Below, piece after piece: positions 38,586-52,544 of a stretch of 64,000 bases of DNA (the stretch's first letter is position 1; each line of letters begins with the position of its first letter). The DNA is taken from contig NC_057711.1 of assembly GCF_004010195.1 (NCBI RefSeq), positions 70,663,018 through 70,727,017 of the forward strand. Direction: 5' to 3'. The notes under the pieces are model-generated. The model ran no database searches. It worked only from the letters and a program-made list of their open reading frames with translations, and was not told the DNA's origin. The position numbers and the translations under genes were made by a program. The DNA is from Chiloscyllium plagiosum. Its lineage: Eukaryota.

Positions 38586-40029
38586 GTCTCTTTCAAGGCA
38601 GTTGGGACCTGACCAAAAAGGATGGGTTGTATCTAAACTGGAGGGGCATCAACATCCTGGTGGGAAGATTTACGAATGTCACTCAGGTGGATTTAAACTA
38701 ATAAGGCAGGAGAATGGGAGCCAAAACAGCAGGTCAGAATGTAGGCAGAAGCTATAGGTTAATAGAATAATAGGCAGGGCCAGTACAATGACATGCGAGG
38801 GAATTAATCATAAAAAATCAAAATATGATTTGCAAGTTGGAGTAAATGATAGAGATGAGGCTCCGTGTAATCAGGGATTAGTAAACAAGGACGCAGATCG
38901 TGGAAAGCACAGTGCACAGGTAAATATTAAAAGTAAAAGATAAATCTAGTATTTATTTAAAAACCTTCTCCATAAATGTGTACAATATTTGGAATAAAGT
39001 TGATGAGCTGACAGCACAAATAGAAACAAATGGGTACAACTTGGTGAGGATTACTGAAACATGGTTACAGAAGGATCAAGATTGGGAGGAAAATGCCTGA
39101 GTTCACTCAGTATTTTGAAAGGATAGACAAAATGAGCAGGAGGTGGAGTTGCTTCATTAATTAAGGATGACATCAAAGCTGTATTAAGAAATTATGTTGA
39201 CACAAGAGGTCAAAATGTTGAATCGGTCTGGGTGGAAATAAAAAACAAGTGAAGAAAGCCATTGGTAGGAGTAATGTACAGGCCTCGCACAATACTTCCG
39301 AAGTCGGGCATAGAATAAACCAAGAAATAATGAGGGCTTGTGAGAAGGTCACAATGATAATTATGGGTGATTTTAACATATATATTGATTTGGATTTGTC
39401 AACTTGGCAAAGGTAGCCTCGAGGAAAGGTTCATAGAGTTATAAGGGACTGTTTCACAGAGGAACATGTCGTGAAGCCAACCAGAGAACTGGCTTTTTTA
39501 GATTTGGTGTTATGTAATGAGGAAAGATTGATAAATAGTTTAATAGTTAGAGTTTCAAATTCAGATTGAAACAGTGAAGACAGAGTTTGTATGCAAGAGT
39601 TTTAATGTTGGGGAAAGGTATTAATCCGGCCTGAGGAAGGCGTTGGCCCGAGTGGACTGGGCAAAAATATTAAAGAGCAGAACAGTTGAAGATCAATGGT
39701 AAGTGCTTAGGGAGATACTAAATATCTCTCAATTAAAGTATCCATGCTTAAAAGCGAAGTCAAGGATGACATAAAGGCAAAAACTAGGGCATGTCATACT
39801 GCAAAAGTTTTGGCATTCTGGAAAATTGGGAGAGCTTTTAACATCAAAGGATACTAGAAACAAATTAAAGGATTAACTATGAAAGGAAATGAGCAGACAA
39901 CATAAGCCCTGATATTCAAAAGCTTCTATAAGTATTTAAAAGGAAGAGAATAGTGAAAGTAAATGTTGGCCCTTTAGAGGACAAACATGGCGAGGTAATA
40001 ATGGGGAATTCAGAAATGGCAAAGGCACT

Positions 40030-40205
40030 AAAACAACACCAGGTTATAGTCCAACAGGTTTAATTGGTTTAATCTACCACTTGATGAAGGAGCGTTGCTC
40101 CGAAAGCTAGTGTGCTTCCAATTAAACCTGTTGGACTTTAACCTGGTGTTGTGTGATTTTTAACTTTGTACACCCCAGTCCAACACCGGCATCTCTAAAT
40201 CATGA
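40030..40205. mobile_element. Short palindromic PLE-terminus insertion (second family) in CR1
   Basis: acaacaccaggttatagtccaacaggtttaattgg is inverted at 40118-40152. Contains ttgatga-aggagc..gctcc-gaaagctagtg. Confidence 0.8.
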
Positions 40206-43200
40206 CTAATCCAATATTTTGACTCTCTCTTCACAGTGGAAGATAATGATTTCTTCCCAAAAACTGCAACTGCTACAAATGAACTTGATGAATTACTATA
40301 ACTCGGGAGAAGGTATTAAGTATACAGAGATTAAAGGCAGATAACTAGGGATTAAAGGCAGATAAGTCCCTGGGATCTGATGGCCTGAACCCAAGGTTAT
40401 TAAAGGAAGTGGCAGCTGAGATTTTGGATGCATTTGTTATGATGGTCCAAAATTCCCTGGATTCTGGAAAGGAGCCATTGGACTGAAAACATGTTAATGT
40501 GACACCCTTGCTCAAAAAGGGGAGAGGCAAAAAGTAGGAAACTGTAGACCAGTTAGTTTGACCTCTGTAGTGAGGAGTCAGTCATAAAGGAAGAGCTAAC
40601 TGAACATTTAGGAAAAAAAAGGTCAATTCACTACTGCCAGGATGGTTTCATGAAGGGCAAGTCATGCTTGACAAACTTGCTGGAGTTCTTTGTGAATGTA
40701 ACCAGTAAGATGAATACTGGGGATCTGGTGGATGTGGTATATATGGACTTCCAGAAGGCATTTGACAAGATGCTGCATAAAAGATTGATCCAAAAGGTTA
40801 GATCCCAGAGTATTAAGGGTAGAGCATTGGTTTGGATGGAACATTGGTTGACTAACAGAAAACAGAGGGTCAGATAAATGGGCCCTTCTCTGGGTGGCAA
40901 ATTGTAACTAGTGGGGCGCCTGTGTGTTCAGTTCTCAGACCTCAACAATTTATGATGTATATAAATAATCTGCAAATGGACAGAATGTAACATAGCAAAA
41001 TTTAAGGATGATACTAAAATAGGTGAGAAAGTAGGCTGTGATGAGATAAAGTTTACAGATGGATGTTGATAGGCTAGGACAATGGCCCAGAATCTGGCAG
41101 ATGGAGTTTAATGTAGATAAGTGCAAGGTTATCCATTTTGGCCAAAAAATAAAAGGGCAATTTATCATTTAAATGGGAAGCAGATTCAAAGCACATCAGT
41201 TCAAGGGGATCTGGCCAACTTTGTACATGATTTGCAAAAAGTGAGTATGCAGGTGCAGCATATACAGAAATAAGAAAGGCAAATGGAATCTTGGCATTTG
41301 TTGCAAAAGGACTGGATTATAAAAATAAAAAAAACTATTGTTACAATGACATAAGGTGTTGGTGAAATCAGATGTAGAGTATTGTGTCCAGTTTTAGTTT
41401 CCTTACTTGAGGAATGATGTGGTGACACTGGAGAAGGTTCACCAGGTTGATTCCAGGGATGAAAGGGCTATCATGACGGTTGAATAGCATGGGCTTGTAC
41501 TTGTTGGAGTTCAGAAGAATGCGGATGGAGCATTTGATTGAAGTATTTCAAATGCTAAAGGGGATTGATTAGGTGGATGTTGAGCAGGTGTTCCCCTTTA
41601 TGGGACAGTCTAGGAAAAGATGTCATAGATCTAGAACGAGAGGAGGTAGGTTCAAATCTGAGATGAGGAGAAACTACTTCTCTGAGGGTTGTGAATGTGT
41701 GGAACTCCCTGCCTCAGGATGCAGTGGAGGCAAAATCAATTAACAGATTCAAGAAAGAAAGGAATATGTTTCTGATGAAAGGCAGGAGAAAGGAATATGG
41801 GAACAGGCAGGAAAGTGGAGTTGAGACTATGAAAAGATCAGCCATGATCATGTTAAATGGTGGAGGATGCTCAAAGGACTGAATTGCCTACACCCACACC
41901 TAATTCCAATGTTCCTGTGTGATTTTCTTGTTACAGCTTTGACAGGATGAATGAGGAGAAACTGTTTTCACTGGAATGATTGTCATTAACTACAGGACCC
42001 AGATTTAGGGCAATTAGCAAGGATTAGAGGGAAGATGAAGAGCATTTTATTTTTATATATATTAAATGTGTATGTTAAGGTGTGTAATGCAATGCAATGC
42101 TATGTACATATGTATTAGCATGTGTACATATATCTATCATGACAGACTTGATAGTTACAGCTATCTATAATTACATACACAATAATTAAAATGTTTGTAC
42201 TTCAGTTATCTAATATATTTTACCACACTAGTTTGCATACTAATGATATGTATGGGTAGAAAATAATTGTTATTGCCTCAGCACTTAAACTTCTGATCCA
42301 CTGTGTCCAATATTAATTCCCAGGTGCATGTGATGTTGCTGGATAATTTCTTCTGAGCTGGTGTTGAATGTCACTGGAGCATGAATGTTAGTGGAATGAT
42401 TAATGAATGCATGTATGTCCTTCATATTGCATCTGTTAGGTATGGAGTGTCAAAACAACAGTGGCAATATAAAATTGCTTTACTTTCTTCCCTGTTCACT
42501 ACCATTTTTATGTTATTGCATCAGAGAAATGTGAAGGGTGGGCATCCGTTGCTTTAAAATGTAATGCTGTTGACTGTTTAGCTGTGGAAGATATTATTTC
42601 CTGTGTGATCTGTAGATTTTTAATATATCCCATTGCTTACCATGGTGAAATACTGAGTTTACCCTTGAATATTAGCAAATTTAAATGCCAGTTAATGCAA
42701 GTTTTAATGGTTCAATATCTGTTCCTTTTGTAAAGGCTGGTTAATCCACTTGAATTAATTCATCAACAATTACAACTTACCTTCAATAGGTATCTCTATC
42801 ATAAAAAGGATGTTATTTTATAGTGCCAGAAATAAATATGAAACCGAACCAAAGGAAATAAGTAAAAGGTTGAGCACACATTTGATAGAAGAGGTGGACT
42901 CTTAAAAGTGTCACCTTGTACGAAGAGAGAAAAGTGGCGTGATGAAGGGACTTCAAGCAGGTAATTCCAGATTTTGGATCCTGGCATGGCTGTCAATTAT
43001 GGGTGATGTTTGGTGGGAATATGACACTAGGTCTATGGGATGTGGTTGTAGGCTGGAGGAGGTTACGTAAGTTAAGATGGCTGAGGCCAAGAAGAAATAT
43101 TAAAGGTAATGGTGAAAAATGGATGCCTGAAGCTTTGGGGAACTTGTAACCATGCCTTCCGCTGTCTGGGTCCTCCCTTACTATTTCCCTTTCCTCATTT

Positions 43201-43769
43201 TATCTCCTTTCTTGGCTCAGCCTTAACTTTTTTTTTGATGATTTTGATTGTAAATGACACTCTTTTCAATGAATCATGATTGAAATACAGACTACACAAT
43301 GTCTCTTAGCTTGCCAGTGGTCTTTAGTGATTTCCCCTGTGATGTGCCCTTTTCCACTAAATTCCGATGGAAATATTTTTCATGGTTTTTCAGAAAAATA
43401 GAGGAATAAATAAGATAAGGTTGTGTGCTGTGATGAATTTACCAGTGCAAGGGACAAGGTTTTAAGTTAAAAACTGATAAATCGCTATTGATTACCGCTT
43501 AAGACGACAATTACTCTAGCACTTATCTTTGTAAAGGCTGTTTTAATTCTATTGCCAATCAAATTAAATTCTGACTGCATTGCCTGTGATTAGAAAATAT
43601 CACTGTCTTCATTTGTTGCTTCTTTCTTTCTTTACCCTGGTAACTGGATCTTCCTCAGTAGGAGTGAGAATGAAGCTCACAAGCATATCCATATTCCGAT
43701 AGAACAAAACCTTTTTGTGTGTTGAAAGTTTACTTCTGTGCTAATTATTTCACATCGAATATTTCAATT

Positions 43770-44335
43770 AGAGTCATGGAGATATACAGCACAGAAACAG
43801 ACCCTTCGGGTCCATGCTGACTAGATATCCTAAATAAATGTAGTCGCATTTGCCAGCATTTGGCCCATAACCCTTTAAACCCTTCCTATTCATATACCCA
43901 CTCAAATGTATTTTAAATGTTGTAATTGTACTATCCTCCACCACTTCCTCTGGCAACTCATTCCAAAGACGCACCACCCTCTGCGTGAAAACGTTGCTCT
44001 ATAGGTCCCTTTTAAATCTTTCCCCTCTCACCTTAAACCTATGCCCTCCAGCTTTAGATTCTCCCACCCTGGGGAAAAGACCTTGTCTATTTACCCCATC
44101 TGTGCACTTCATGATTGAATAAACCTTCATAAGATCACCTCTCAGCCTCCGACTGTCCAGAGAAAATAGCTCCAGTCTATTCAGTCTCTCTTTACAGTTC
44201 AAACCCTCCAACCCTGGCAAATCTTTTGCAAATCTTTTCTGAACCCTTTCAACTTTCACAACATCCTTCTTATAGCATTGAGACCAGAATTGCATGCAGT
44301 ATTCTAATAGTGGCCTAACCAATGTCCTGTTCTTC
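43770..44335 (-). mobile_element. CR1 3' fragment
   Basis: ORF 43999-44340 gives RTLVRPLLEYCMQFWS...RRLRGDLMKVY. Confidence 0.9.
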
Positions 44336-44869
44336 CACAAAGTTACAGAACTGTATATTTAATGATTTAATTTTGACAAGACAGTCTTTTTCTATTTGAT
44401 TGTATATGATGTCCTTCAGATTTTTTTTGTTATTGTTTTGGAATAGACAATTTTCCATTTCAAGGTCGAAAGAAGGTTCCCTTTATAGGCCCCCTACATG
44501 ATTTTTAACCCAGTCCCAGTGTTATGAGAATGTTCAATTTTATTTTTGATTCTGGTCACCATATTCTCCATTCAAGTGTTCTTGATTTGTGACCATGCTT
44601 CTTGGAGGTGACGTTGAATTTGACCAAACTTGCATTCAGGTTTCATTGATATATTTACAGGTGAGATGAATCTGCATTTGTCGCCTTCATGTGGGATTTT
44701 ATGTTGAGGTATTGGATAGAGGAAGTCGTATGGAGAGTTTAGAATTATTCTTCTATGTTCCCTTACTCCAAAATAGAAACTAACTAAATAGCAACAAACT
44801 GTTGCTTGCCATCTCAGTCGACACTTGCTGTTTTGTTGCTGTTCTTCCCTACTTTACATTTTGGAATTT

Positions 44870-45420
44870 ATTTTATTCACTCATGGGAGGTGGGTGTCTC
44901 TGACTAGGCTGGCATTTACTGTCCATCCTAGAGGCAGTTAAGCGTCAACCACATTGCTGTGGGTTTGGAGTCACATGTAAACTAGACTAGGCAAGGATGA
45001 CAGATTTCCTTCCCTAAAGGACATTAGTAAATCAGATGGACAATTGACAGTGGTTTTGTGATCATCATTAGACCATCAATTCCGGATGCCTTATTGAATT
45101 CAAGTTCTACCATCTGCCATGGTGGGATTTGAAACAGGTGCCCAGAATGTTACAAAAACAAATTGCTGGAAAAGCTCACCAGATCTGGCAGTATTTGTGA
45201 AGAGACATCAAAGTTAATGTTTCCGGCCTGGTGACCCTTCCTCAGAACTTCTGGTTAATCCGAAATGTGAACTTTGATTTCTCTTCACCAATGCTGCCAG
45301 TAACTTCTGTTTTTATTTCTGATTCGCAGCATTCACAGTTCTTTTGGTGCTCCCCAGAACATTATCTGGGTCTCTGGATTAATAGTCTAATGAAGATATG
45401 ACTAAGCCATTGCTTCTCCT
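44870..45420 (-). mobile_element. DeuSINE/SacSINE1-like element interrupted by a palindromic PLE-terminus fragment at about 45150-45345
   Basis: Reverse complement of 53625-53965. ccagaatgttac/ccagaacattat flank the insert. Confidence 0.7.
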
Positions 45421-47489
45421 TGAGAGGAATTTGGAAATCAACACTTTTTACCTTCTCAAGGATGATTAGGAACAGTTAACACCAACCGGTTCCATACCAA
45501 ATAACTGTCAAGAAGAGGCTAATTTGATATAAATTGTTCAGTTCCATAAAAGAAATGATAGAGCTTTTTTGTCACAGAAGGAAGCTAGCAGACACTTAGG
45601 AATTGTGTTATCGGATAAAAGGGTTCACAGGAGTTTTACAGTCTGTGTACTACTTCTAAAATGTAGTTCTCATCTGACAAGAAACTCGGCAACCAGTTCA
45701 CATTCAAGATTCCATAAGTATAAACAGATTGTTAGACCATTATTGCTTCTGGGGTTGTTTGAGTGATACATATTTGCTCGGATTGTCACCCACAACAATT
45801 ACATTGCCTTTGGTACAAGCCCAATTGATTTCTTGTTTCATGCTCTATCCAATGGTATCGCTACTATTAGTGGCCTACAAGCAACTTCCACCAGTGTTTT
45901 CTCAACCTTTCTCTTCCTCATCTCCATCCTTACTAATTCAACTATGTGATTTTCTGAGCCAAGGTAGTTTCTTACTGCTGTCTGTGTGTCATCATTAATT
46001 ATCAGGATTACCTCTCATTTTGTACTGTCTCTCTATTTGAAATATTGTGTATCTTTGAGCATTTATTTCCTAACCTTGGTCGTCTTGTAACCATGTCTCT
46101 GAAATAGTGATGAGATGAGATTTTGGAAGTAAAGCTGAATATATCCCTGATGTTAAGCTTGCAAGCGCTTTGAACTTCTTGCTATCTTCTACTTTCTCTT
46201 CTTGCAGTAATTTAAATATGTTTTATGTTGAAGTTTATAGAAGATAATTTGATGTCTAGTTACATCAAAACAGATTTCTAACTTGAAAGCTGAGCATTTT
46301 TATGGTCACTTGCTCCCATAATGGCTTGGGGGTTTTTTTGTAGAACTTTTTATACACATAATTGCTTACTGAAGTTTGAACATCTATTCTATTTTATAAA
46401 GGTAATTGGGAGTAGTTGACTTACTTAATAATAAATTAGCAGAGAAGAGTACTTTGTCTTTCCTCCTCTACGTTCCCTTACATGTCTGATAAAACAATGT
46501 AAATAAATTGTATGTTTAGGGTGGGAGGGCACTGTGCATTGTACAAGATTACATGTATAAATAAGACCTTTGTGTTAGCTTGACAGAGAATGGAATTTCA
46601 CTTCGGATAACTAATGGAAAGGTTATGATACATTACAATACTTTTAACTTCAAGTAATCACGAATGGTTAATATGGTGCTAAGAATTTGGGCAATTTACA
46701 CTATCTTTGACACTATTTAAAGTAACTAAGTTTAAAGCCATTGTGATTGTAGTGGCCTGGTCTTTCCTTTGAATGACTTTAGACAAATTTTGATTTGAGG
46801 AGCTGTCAGATATAAACCTGTTTATTCTTTTATTAAGATGTTTTTATTTAATATGACTTTCAATAAATGTGAATTTAACAGCTTAAATGCAAATTCTGAC
46901 AACTAAGATGGCATTTATTGAAAATCAGTGCTGGAAAGATAAAATCCTAATGGTTAACATTCTTGTTTTCTTGGGCTTTTTAGTTTTCAATTCTTGCAGT
47001 GTTGCTGTACGATGCTGACAAGTTTAAAATCCCTTCCAACTCAATTTTGGACTATTAAAAGATTTTGCTTTTAAAAAAAAATGGACCACTTGATTTCCAT
47101 TCAGTCAGGCAATGAAGATTTCGACTTTGTCATAACAGGATCAGTCTCCAGCGACATAACAAACGGGAAGTGACTGGTTAAGCACGTTCATCAACAGCCT
47201 TGAGAGAAGCATACAGTTGTGTAGATGTTAGAGTAATTACCTTACCTTTTATACCAAAAGGTGGTGGTCCTCTTTGTTTAAAATCAGTTGTGCTACTAAA
47301 TCTTAAGTAGGTTCAATATTCTTGTTCCTCTTACTGGCGGAGCAGATGAATTAAGAAAGTGAAGAGAAGAACAAAGTTGACACCAAATTAAAAATCAGCA
47401 ATTGCAGTTTATTTTTAAAATATTGTGTTTTAAGAGATATATTACTTGTCAGGTATTAACTCCAAGAAAAGTCACTATATTCCGACTGG

Positions 47490-47680
47490 ATCAAAGGACT
47501 TCTCTCTTGACAGACACAACTGATGGTGAGCTTAACCTGAGGATCACCATGCCTCCCGAGAGAGGAAAGGTTGAGAAGGAGAGTCCTTCATGGTAACCTC
47601 AGCCGGTACAGGAATTGAACCCACGTTGCTGGCATCAACTCTGCTTCGCAAACCAGCCGTCCAACTAATTGACCATCCAG
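47490..47680 (-). mobile_element. tRNA-derived SINE fragment
   Basis: B-box GGGTTCAATTCC on the minus strand. A second copy lies at 52545-52697. Confidence 0.65.
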
Positions 47681-47812
47681 ATATTAACTATTATTAGATA
47701 CTAACTGTTGGCACTTGGAAGTGAAGCTTAAAATGCAGCTCATTTTAGAAAAATGTTCGATTAAATAACTGTATAATTTTCATAATTCCAGGTGCTTTTA
47801 CTTGCTTTTCAG

Positions 47813-47919
47813 GTGGTTAGTTCAACGAATGGAGAACTGAATACAGATGACCCCACAGCTGGACACTCCAATGCTCCAATCACAGCCCCAGCGGAAGTGG
47901 AAGTTATGGATGAAACAAA
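47813..47919 (+). CDS. CSNK1G3: CK1 gamma 3 exon [35 protein letters not shown](K/N), 107 nt
   Basis: CK1gamma C-terminal domain peptide. Acceptor cttttcag, donor AA|gtatgt. Confidence 0.96.
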
Positions 47920-48164
47920 GTATGTGCACCTTCATGTCATGTATTTTGCTGTGTTTTCTTGAACTACAGTTGCTAAAGGATTATTTTTGTAAATTGAAAT
48001 GTTCCATCAAAAGAATCCAATAATGTTGCCGTCTCTTTTCTGATATTTCTGTAATATCTTCCAGTCCTTGAAGATGTAGTTTGACAATAGATAGCAAACC
48101 CATTTATGTGGAACTTAAAAACAAGGGTAATTTTCAATTGTCTTCTAGGCCCATTATACTACAA

Positions 48165-49560
48165 CAAAAGCAAAATACTGCGGATGCTGGAAATCTGAAA
48201 TAAAAACAGAAAATGCTGGAAATACTCAGCAGGTCAGGCAGGATCTGTGGAGAGAGAAACAAAGTTAACGTTTCAGGTCGATGACCTTTCGTCAGAACTG
48301 GAAGAAGTTAGCGATGTAACAGCTTTTAAATCATGTACAGAGGCGGGGAGGAACAGGGGAGGAAAGAACAAAAGGGAAGGTCTGTGATAGGGTGGAAGGT
48401 AGGACTGATTTAAATGTCAAAAAGGCGTAAAAGGAGATTAAAATGGGTATAAAAAGAAAAAAAAGATGGATAGCCAAATTATAAATGACAAAATTAGAAT
48501 CATTACCAGGATCTGCTCTCTTTTTCAAAAAATGTTTAAAAAATTAACTGATTATAATCTGAAGTTATTACAATTACTGTTAACTCTGGAAGCGCCTAAT
48601 GAAAACAATGAGGCGCAGTTCCTCAAGACTCTCAATGAGCTTCACTAGGTCAATGTGGGAGTTCAAGGACATTTTAGTCATAGTGAGAATTAGACAGAAT
48701 ATAAAAATGGCAAGTGACTTGATGCTCAAAGTCACGCTTGTGGAATGAACACAGATGTTCAAAAGCAGTGCTCAATCTGCATTTGATTTCTGCAATGTGG
48801 AGGAGACGCCATTGTAAGAAGCAAATGCAATGTACTGAATTGAAAGAGGTGCAAGTTAGTCAGCTGGACAGAGAATTTGAAGTCCTGGACAGTGGGGAAG
48901 AAGGAAGTGAAAGGGTAAATGTTACATCTGTACTTGCACTGGAAGCTGTCGGTGAAACATGGGGTGGGAAGAGTGTACCAGGGTGTCAGAGGGGAAGTGG
49001 TCCTTCTCAAATGCTGAAAGAGGAGTGAAAGCAGTTTGGTGATGGCATCACACTGCAGTTGGCAGAAATGGCAGAAGATGATTTGTTGAATGTGATGGTT
49101 GATGAGGTAGAGGGTGAAGAGAGGGAAGCTGTATTGTGATTGAAGAGCGGGGAAGATGTGAGTACAGACGTTTGGGAAATGAGGTCAAAGGTCAGTTATG
49201 GTGGAGGAGAGTTCTCAGTTGAGGAAATAGGAAAACACAACAAAAGCACTGATCAAAGATGGTATAATTGGAACAGATGTGGCAGAGATGAAGGAACTGG
49301 GAGAATAAAATAGAGTCCTTTCAAAAAGCAGTGCAGAAGGAAATATCATTCACGTTAGTGGGGATTTACTTTACTGTCAATCCTGGTTGACAGCCTTGTC
49401 CTGGAAATGGAGAAGTTGGGGAAGGGATGGCCCTTGTGTAGATGATGAAAAGATGGGTTTGGAAGCGCACTTCTTGAAATTTTCAGTTTGAGGTAAGAGC
49501 AGGAAGCAGCCCCAGTGGAGCCATCAATGTATCTGGGGGGAGAAAAGATGAGGGAGGGAA
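48165..49560 (-). mobile_element. PLE (third family): intact-looking 3' terminus with hammerhead plus decayed GIY-YIG/RT body
   Basis: Hammerhead motif at 48263-48299(-). The 48750-48950 region resembles the GIY-YIG segment at 1-198. Confidence 0.7.
48263..48299 (-). ncRNA. Minimal type I hammerhead ribozyme motif (PLE-associated)
   Basis: Reverse complement AGTT-CTGACGA-A-AGGTC-atc-GACCT-GAAA-CGTT-AACT. Confidence 0.75.
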
Positions 49561-50347
49561 TTATAATAGCGTGTTTCTCTTAATACGTGAAAGGCAAATA
49601 TAGCTTGCACCCATACAGATTCTGATTAGTTTACATCTACAGGAAACGAGTGGCTGATGGAAGAATTTTATTATGGATTGCATCATGTGGGCTGCTGTTT
49701 TGGTAATAGATTGTAACACTGCCTGCATGGATTGCTTCGTCAAATGATGAGACAAACTATAAAATTGACAGAAGCCCCTAAATGTGTTTTGATTGATAGA
49801 ATATTAACATTTAGAATTATATTTTAACTGCACAGAATAATGTGAAATGAGCTGTGTCACTCCAGTCCATGTTGCCTTTAGAAAGGTGTCTGATGCACAA
49901 CATTGCCTTAGAAAGCAGGAGGGTCCTTTGATATTGTTTTTTAGGGCGTTGTTTTAAGTATTTCCCAGCTTGTGAACCAAAGCACAGAAGTGTTGCCTGG
50001 ATGTAATTTCAGTTTATTTGGCTCATGAACCTCAAATTCAAATTATTTGAATCTATGGTCTGACCAATAAGTGGAACTGAATTCCTCATTTACAAATGAG
50101 AAGCATTTGAAGACAAATGCCAAATTATTTTCCATATTAAAAATGGGCTTTAAGAATTGTTCTTGCTTAACTGTAATTTTGCTTTACAAATATAGAATTC
50201 CTTTGCTGTCTGTTGTGTGCTGCTTATGTAGATCTAAAGCTTGACGAAGAAAGCTATTAGGTTTACATTTGTGACAGCAGTTTTCTCACTATGGGCTCTG
50301 GTTTTGATTCCGTTTTGTTTCTATTTGTTTCTTCCCTTTTTGTATAG

Positions 50348-50371
50348 CTGCCAGAAAGTGTTGAACATGTG
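50348..50371 (+). CDS. CSNK1G3: CK1 gamma 3 alternative 24-nt microexon (N)CQKVLNM(W)
   Basis: Long polypyrimidine tract, then tatag|CTGCCAGAAAGTGTTGAACATGTG|gtgagt. It is frame-preserving (phase 2-2) and matches the recalled NCQKVLNMW insert of mammalian CSNK1G3 isoforms. Confidence 0.9.
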
Positions 50372-52544
50372 GTGAGTGGTTTCAGTCTGCAGGCAGACAG
50401 GAATAGGTTCAGCTAACGAGAGCTGCCCGGTCTGTTCCCTAAAAATGCCAAGTTCCATGGCAATAATAATACATTGATTGGACATAAATTTACCTATTGC
50501 TTTCATAATAACAATCTTTGGAATTCTGGTCAAATTGATCAGAACTTTATATACCTTGGAAATGCTTTTGCACAACAAATTTGGGAGCATAATGACCTTT
50601 GACATCTTGTTGTTGAACTATTCTGCTTGCTTTTTCACTCTTCTGCCATGAATTTTGATTTAGGCTTAAGTGTATTCTCTACAGTGGTGTAATGTTGAGT
50701 TTGCTTATTGTGAACTTGTGCTTATTATGAATTTGTGCTTTCCCTCTACGGCTTCATCCTAGAGTCTCCAACTCTTTCATGCTCAGAGAAGATGCTAATT
50801 ATATTGGTTTAAATGATGAAAAGATTTGGCACCTAAAGTTAAGAGAGTTGGGAGCTCTTGAATTTGAGGTCTTGTGCACTGATACTAGTTTCTCTGCTTT
50901 CCTATGACCTGCTAGTTTTTGGTACCCTGCACCCCACTAATTGTGAGCTTATTTTTAATGACCATTGATCAGTATTCTATTTCTTTTAGACTAATGAAGC
51001 ATTTTGGGCAATAAACCAAGCATGGCGTGTTGCATTGAACTTTTTTTTAATGCAAAGATTTAAGATTTTGGTCACTTAAAATTTTTATTTTAAAATGCAA
51101 AAACTTGATTGTGGCCAGGCTATAATAAATTCCATAGATTCACTGGTTGTAATATTTATAATGAAACCTCATGGGTAGTGAATGGTAGATTGACTTATTC
51201 ATCTGATTATCTTTTATCAAATATTACTAAATACAAAATATTGTAATCACCTCTTTACCACTTTGTACCTTAGTGGCTTCATCCAGTTTTGCACCCACCA
51301 CTACTGGCTCATTCTCTCTGACGAACTCTTCATTCCTCTGAATCTGCAGTCTTATGCAAATCATTGGCAATCAGCGCCTTCAGCTATCTGAGCCCTAGAC
51401 ACTGTAATTCCCTTCATAAATCTCCGTCTTTTCAACCTTTTACTCCTTCTTGATAACCCCGCCCTAAAACCTACCTATTCGACAACTCTTTTGATCGCAA
51501 CTCTTAATATCTCTTTACTTAGTGTTGTCTATTTTTTTTTGTTTGATTACACCTCTAGAAAAATACATAGCTTTGTAAGCTTGTTCAAGAATTCTAATTG
51601 AAGAGTAAAATATTAAGCAATCGACTATATATTTTGATAAACAATTCAGATTAGTGAATTAATGGGTTATATTGCAATTTTTTGAGAGTTTCAACCTGGC
51701 ATATTCCCAATCTAGGTAGGAATTTAGATTCCACTACTAAATGTGTACCATGAATGTTCCACAAGAATATTAATATCGAAGAACACAACTTTTTCTCATT
51801 TTCTTTCACCTACTGGTAGCATAACTTACTACCAAATGAAGGAAGACACAGATCATATGCTTTGATTCTATACTTGAAAAAGCTTCTTAAGTGTGTTTTT
51901 TTCGCTTCCCATGTCAGCCTTTGTCCTTTCTGAATGTGATTGCTTATAGTTGTACCAAATTATGATTAAGTTTGTGCAATCGAAATAGGAACTAAGCCAA
52001 CTTACTGGTAAAGTATGTTTTCAGAAGAAAGGGGACTCTCATCTTAACAATCTTGATTTAACCTCTAAACCTCAAGATAGAGTCAGGAGGTCTTAGTGCA
52101 TTGTCTATTGCTATTGCTAAAAGCCCAAACATTAATCATAGAATACTAAAACATTTCTAAATTGTTTTTGTTTTCTGAATTTAAAAAAAAAGCAGTTGCT
52201 TCTGAAACATCCTTTTGCCAAAGTGATTGGCATTTTTTTAATCAACCTAAATCAAATTGAGAATAAATGATAGGCTTCACTCTTTGCTTCCCCAACTTAT
52301 CCCATACTTTCCAGAGGCCAACAAAAATAGCGAATGCCTGTCCACTTTCACATATCACTCCACCAACATACTTTACACAGCCATAATTGAGAAAAGATTC
52401 TGGAGATTTTAGAATTCTCAAAATGTTCAAGTGAGTCATCATTGATTTCACTTGCTCATATTTCCAGTACTTTGCCTAATTCCTCCACATTTACACAGCA
52501 TGCAAATAATTTCTGTAATTCCACCATTTACATAATTACCCTTA

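Larger units (their letters stand above)
36700..41920 (+). mobile_element. Near full-length decayed CR1 LINE (ORF1 esterase-like remnant, ORF2 APE plus RT), with nested insertions
   Basis: ORF1-like SNRYTIL and HIGTND (about 36970-37285). ITETWL at about 39050 and IIMGDFN at about 39360. ORF 40650-40877 gives KGKSCLTNLLEFF...DVVYMDFQKAFDK. CR1 tail at about 41900. Confidence 0.88.
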
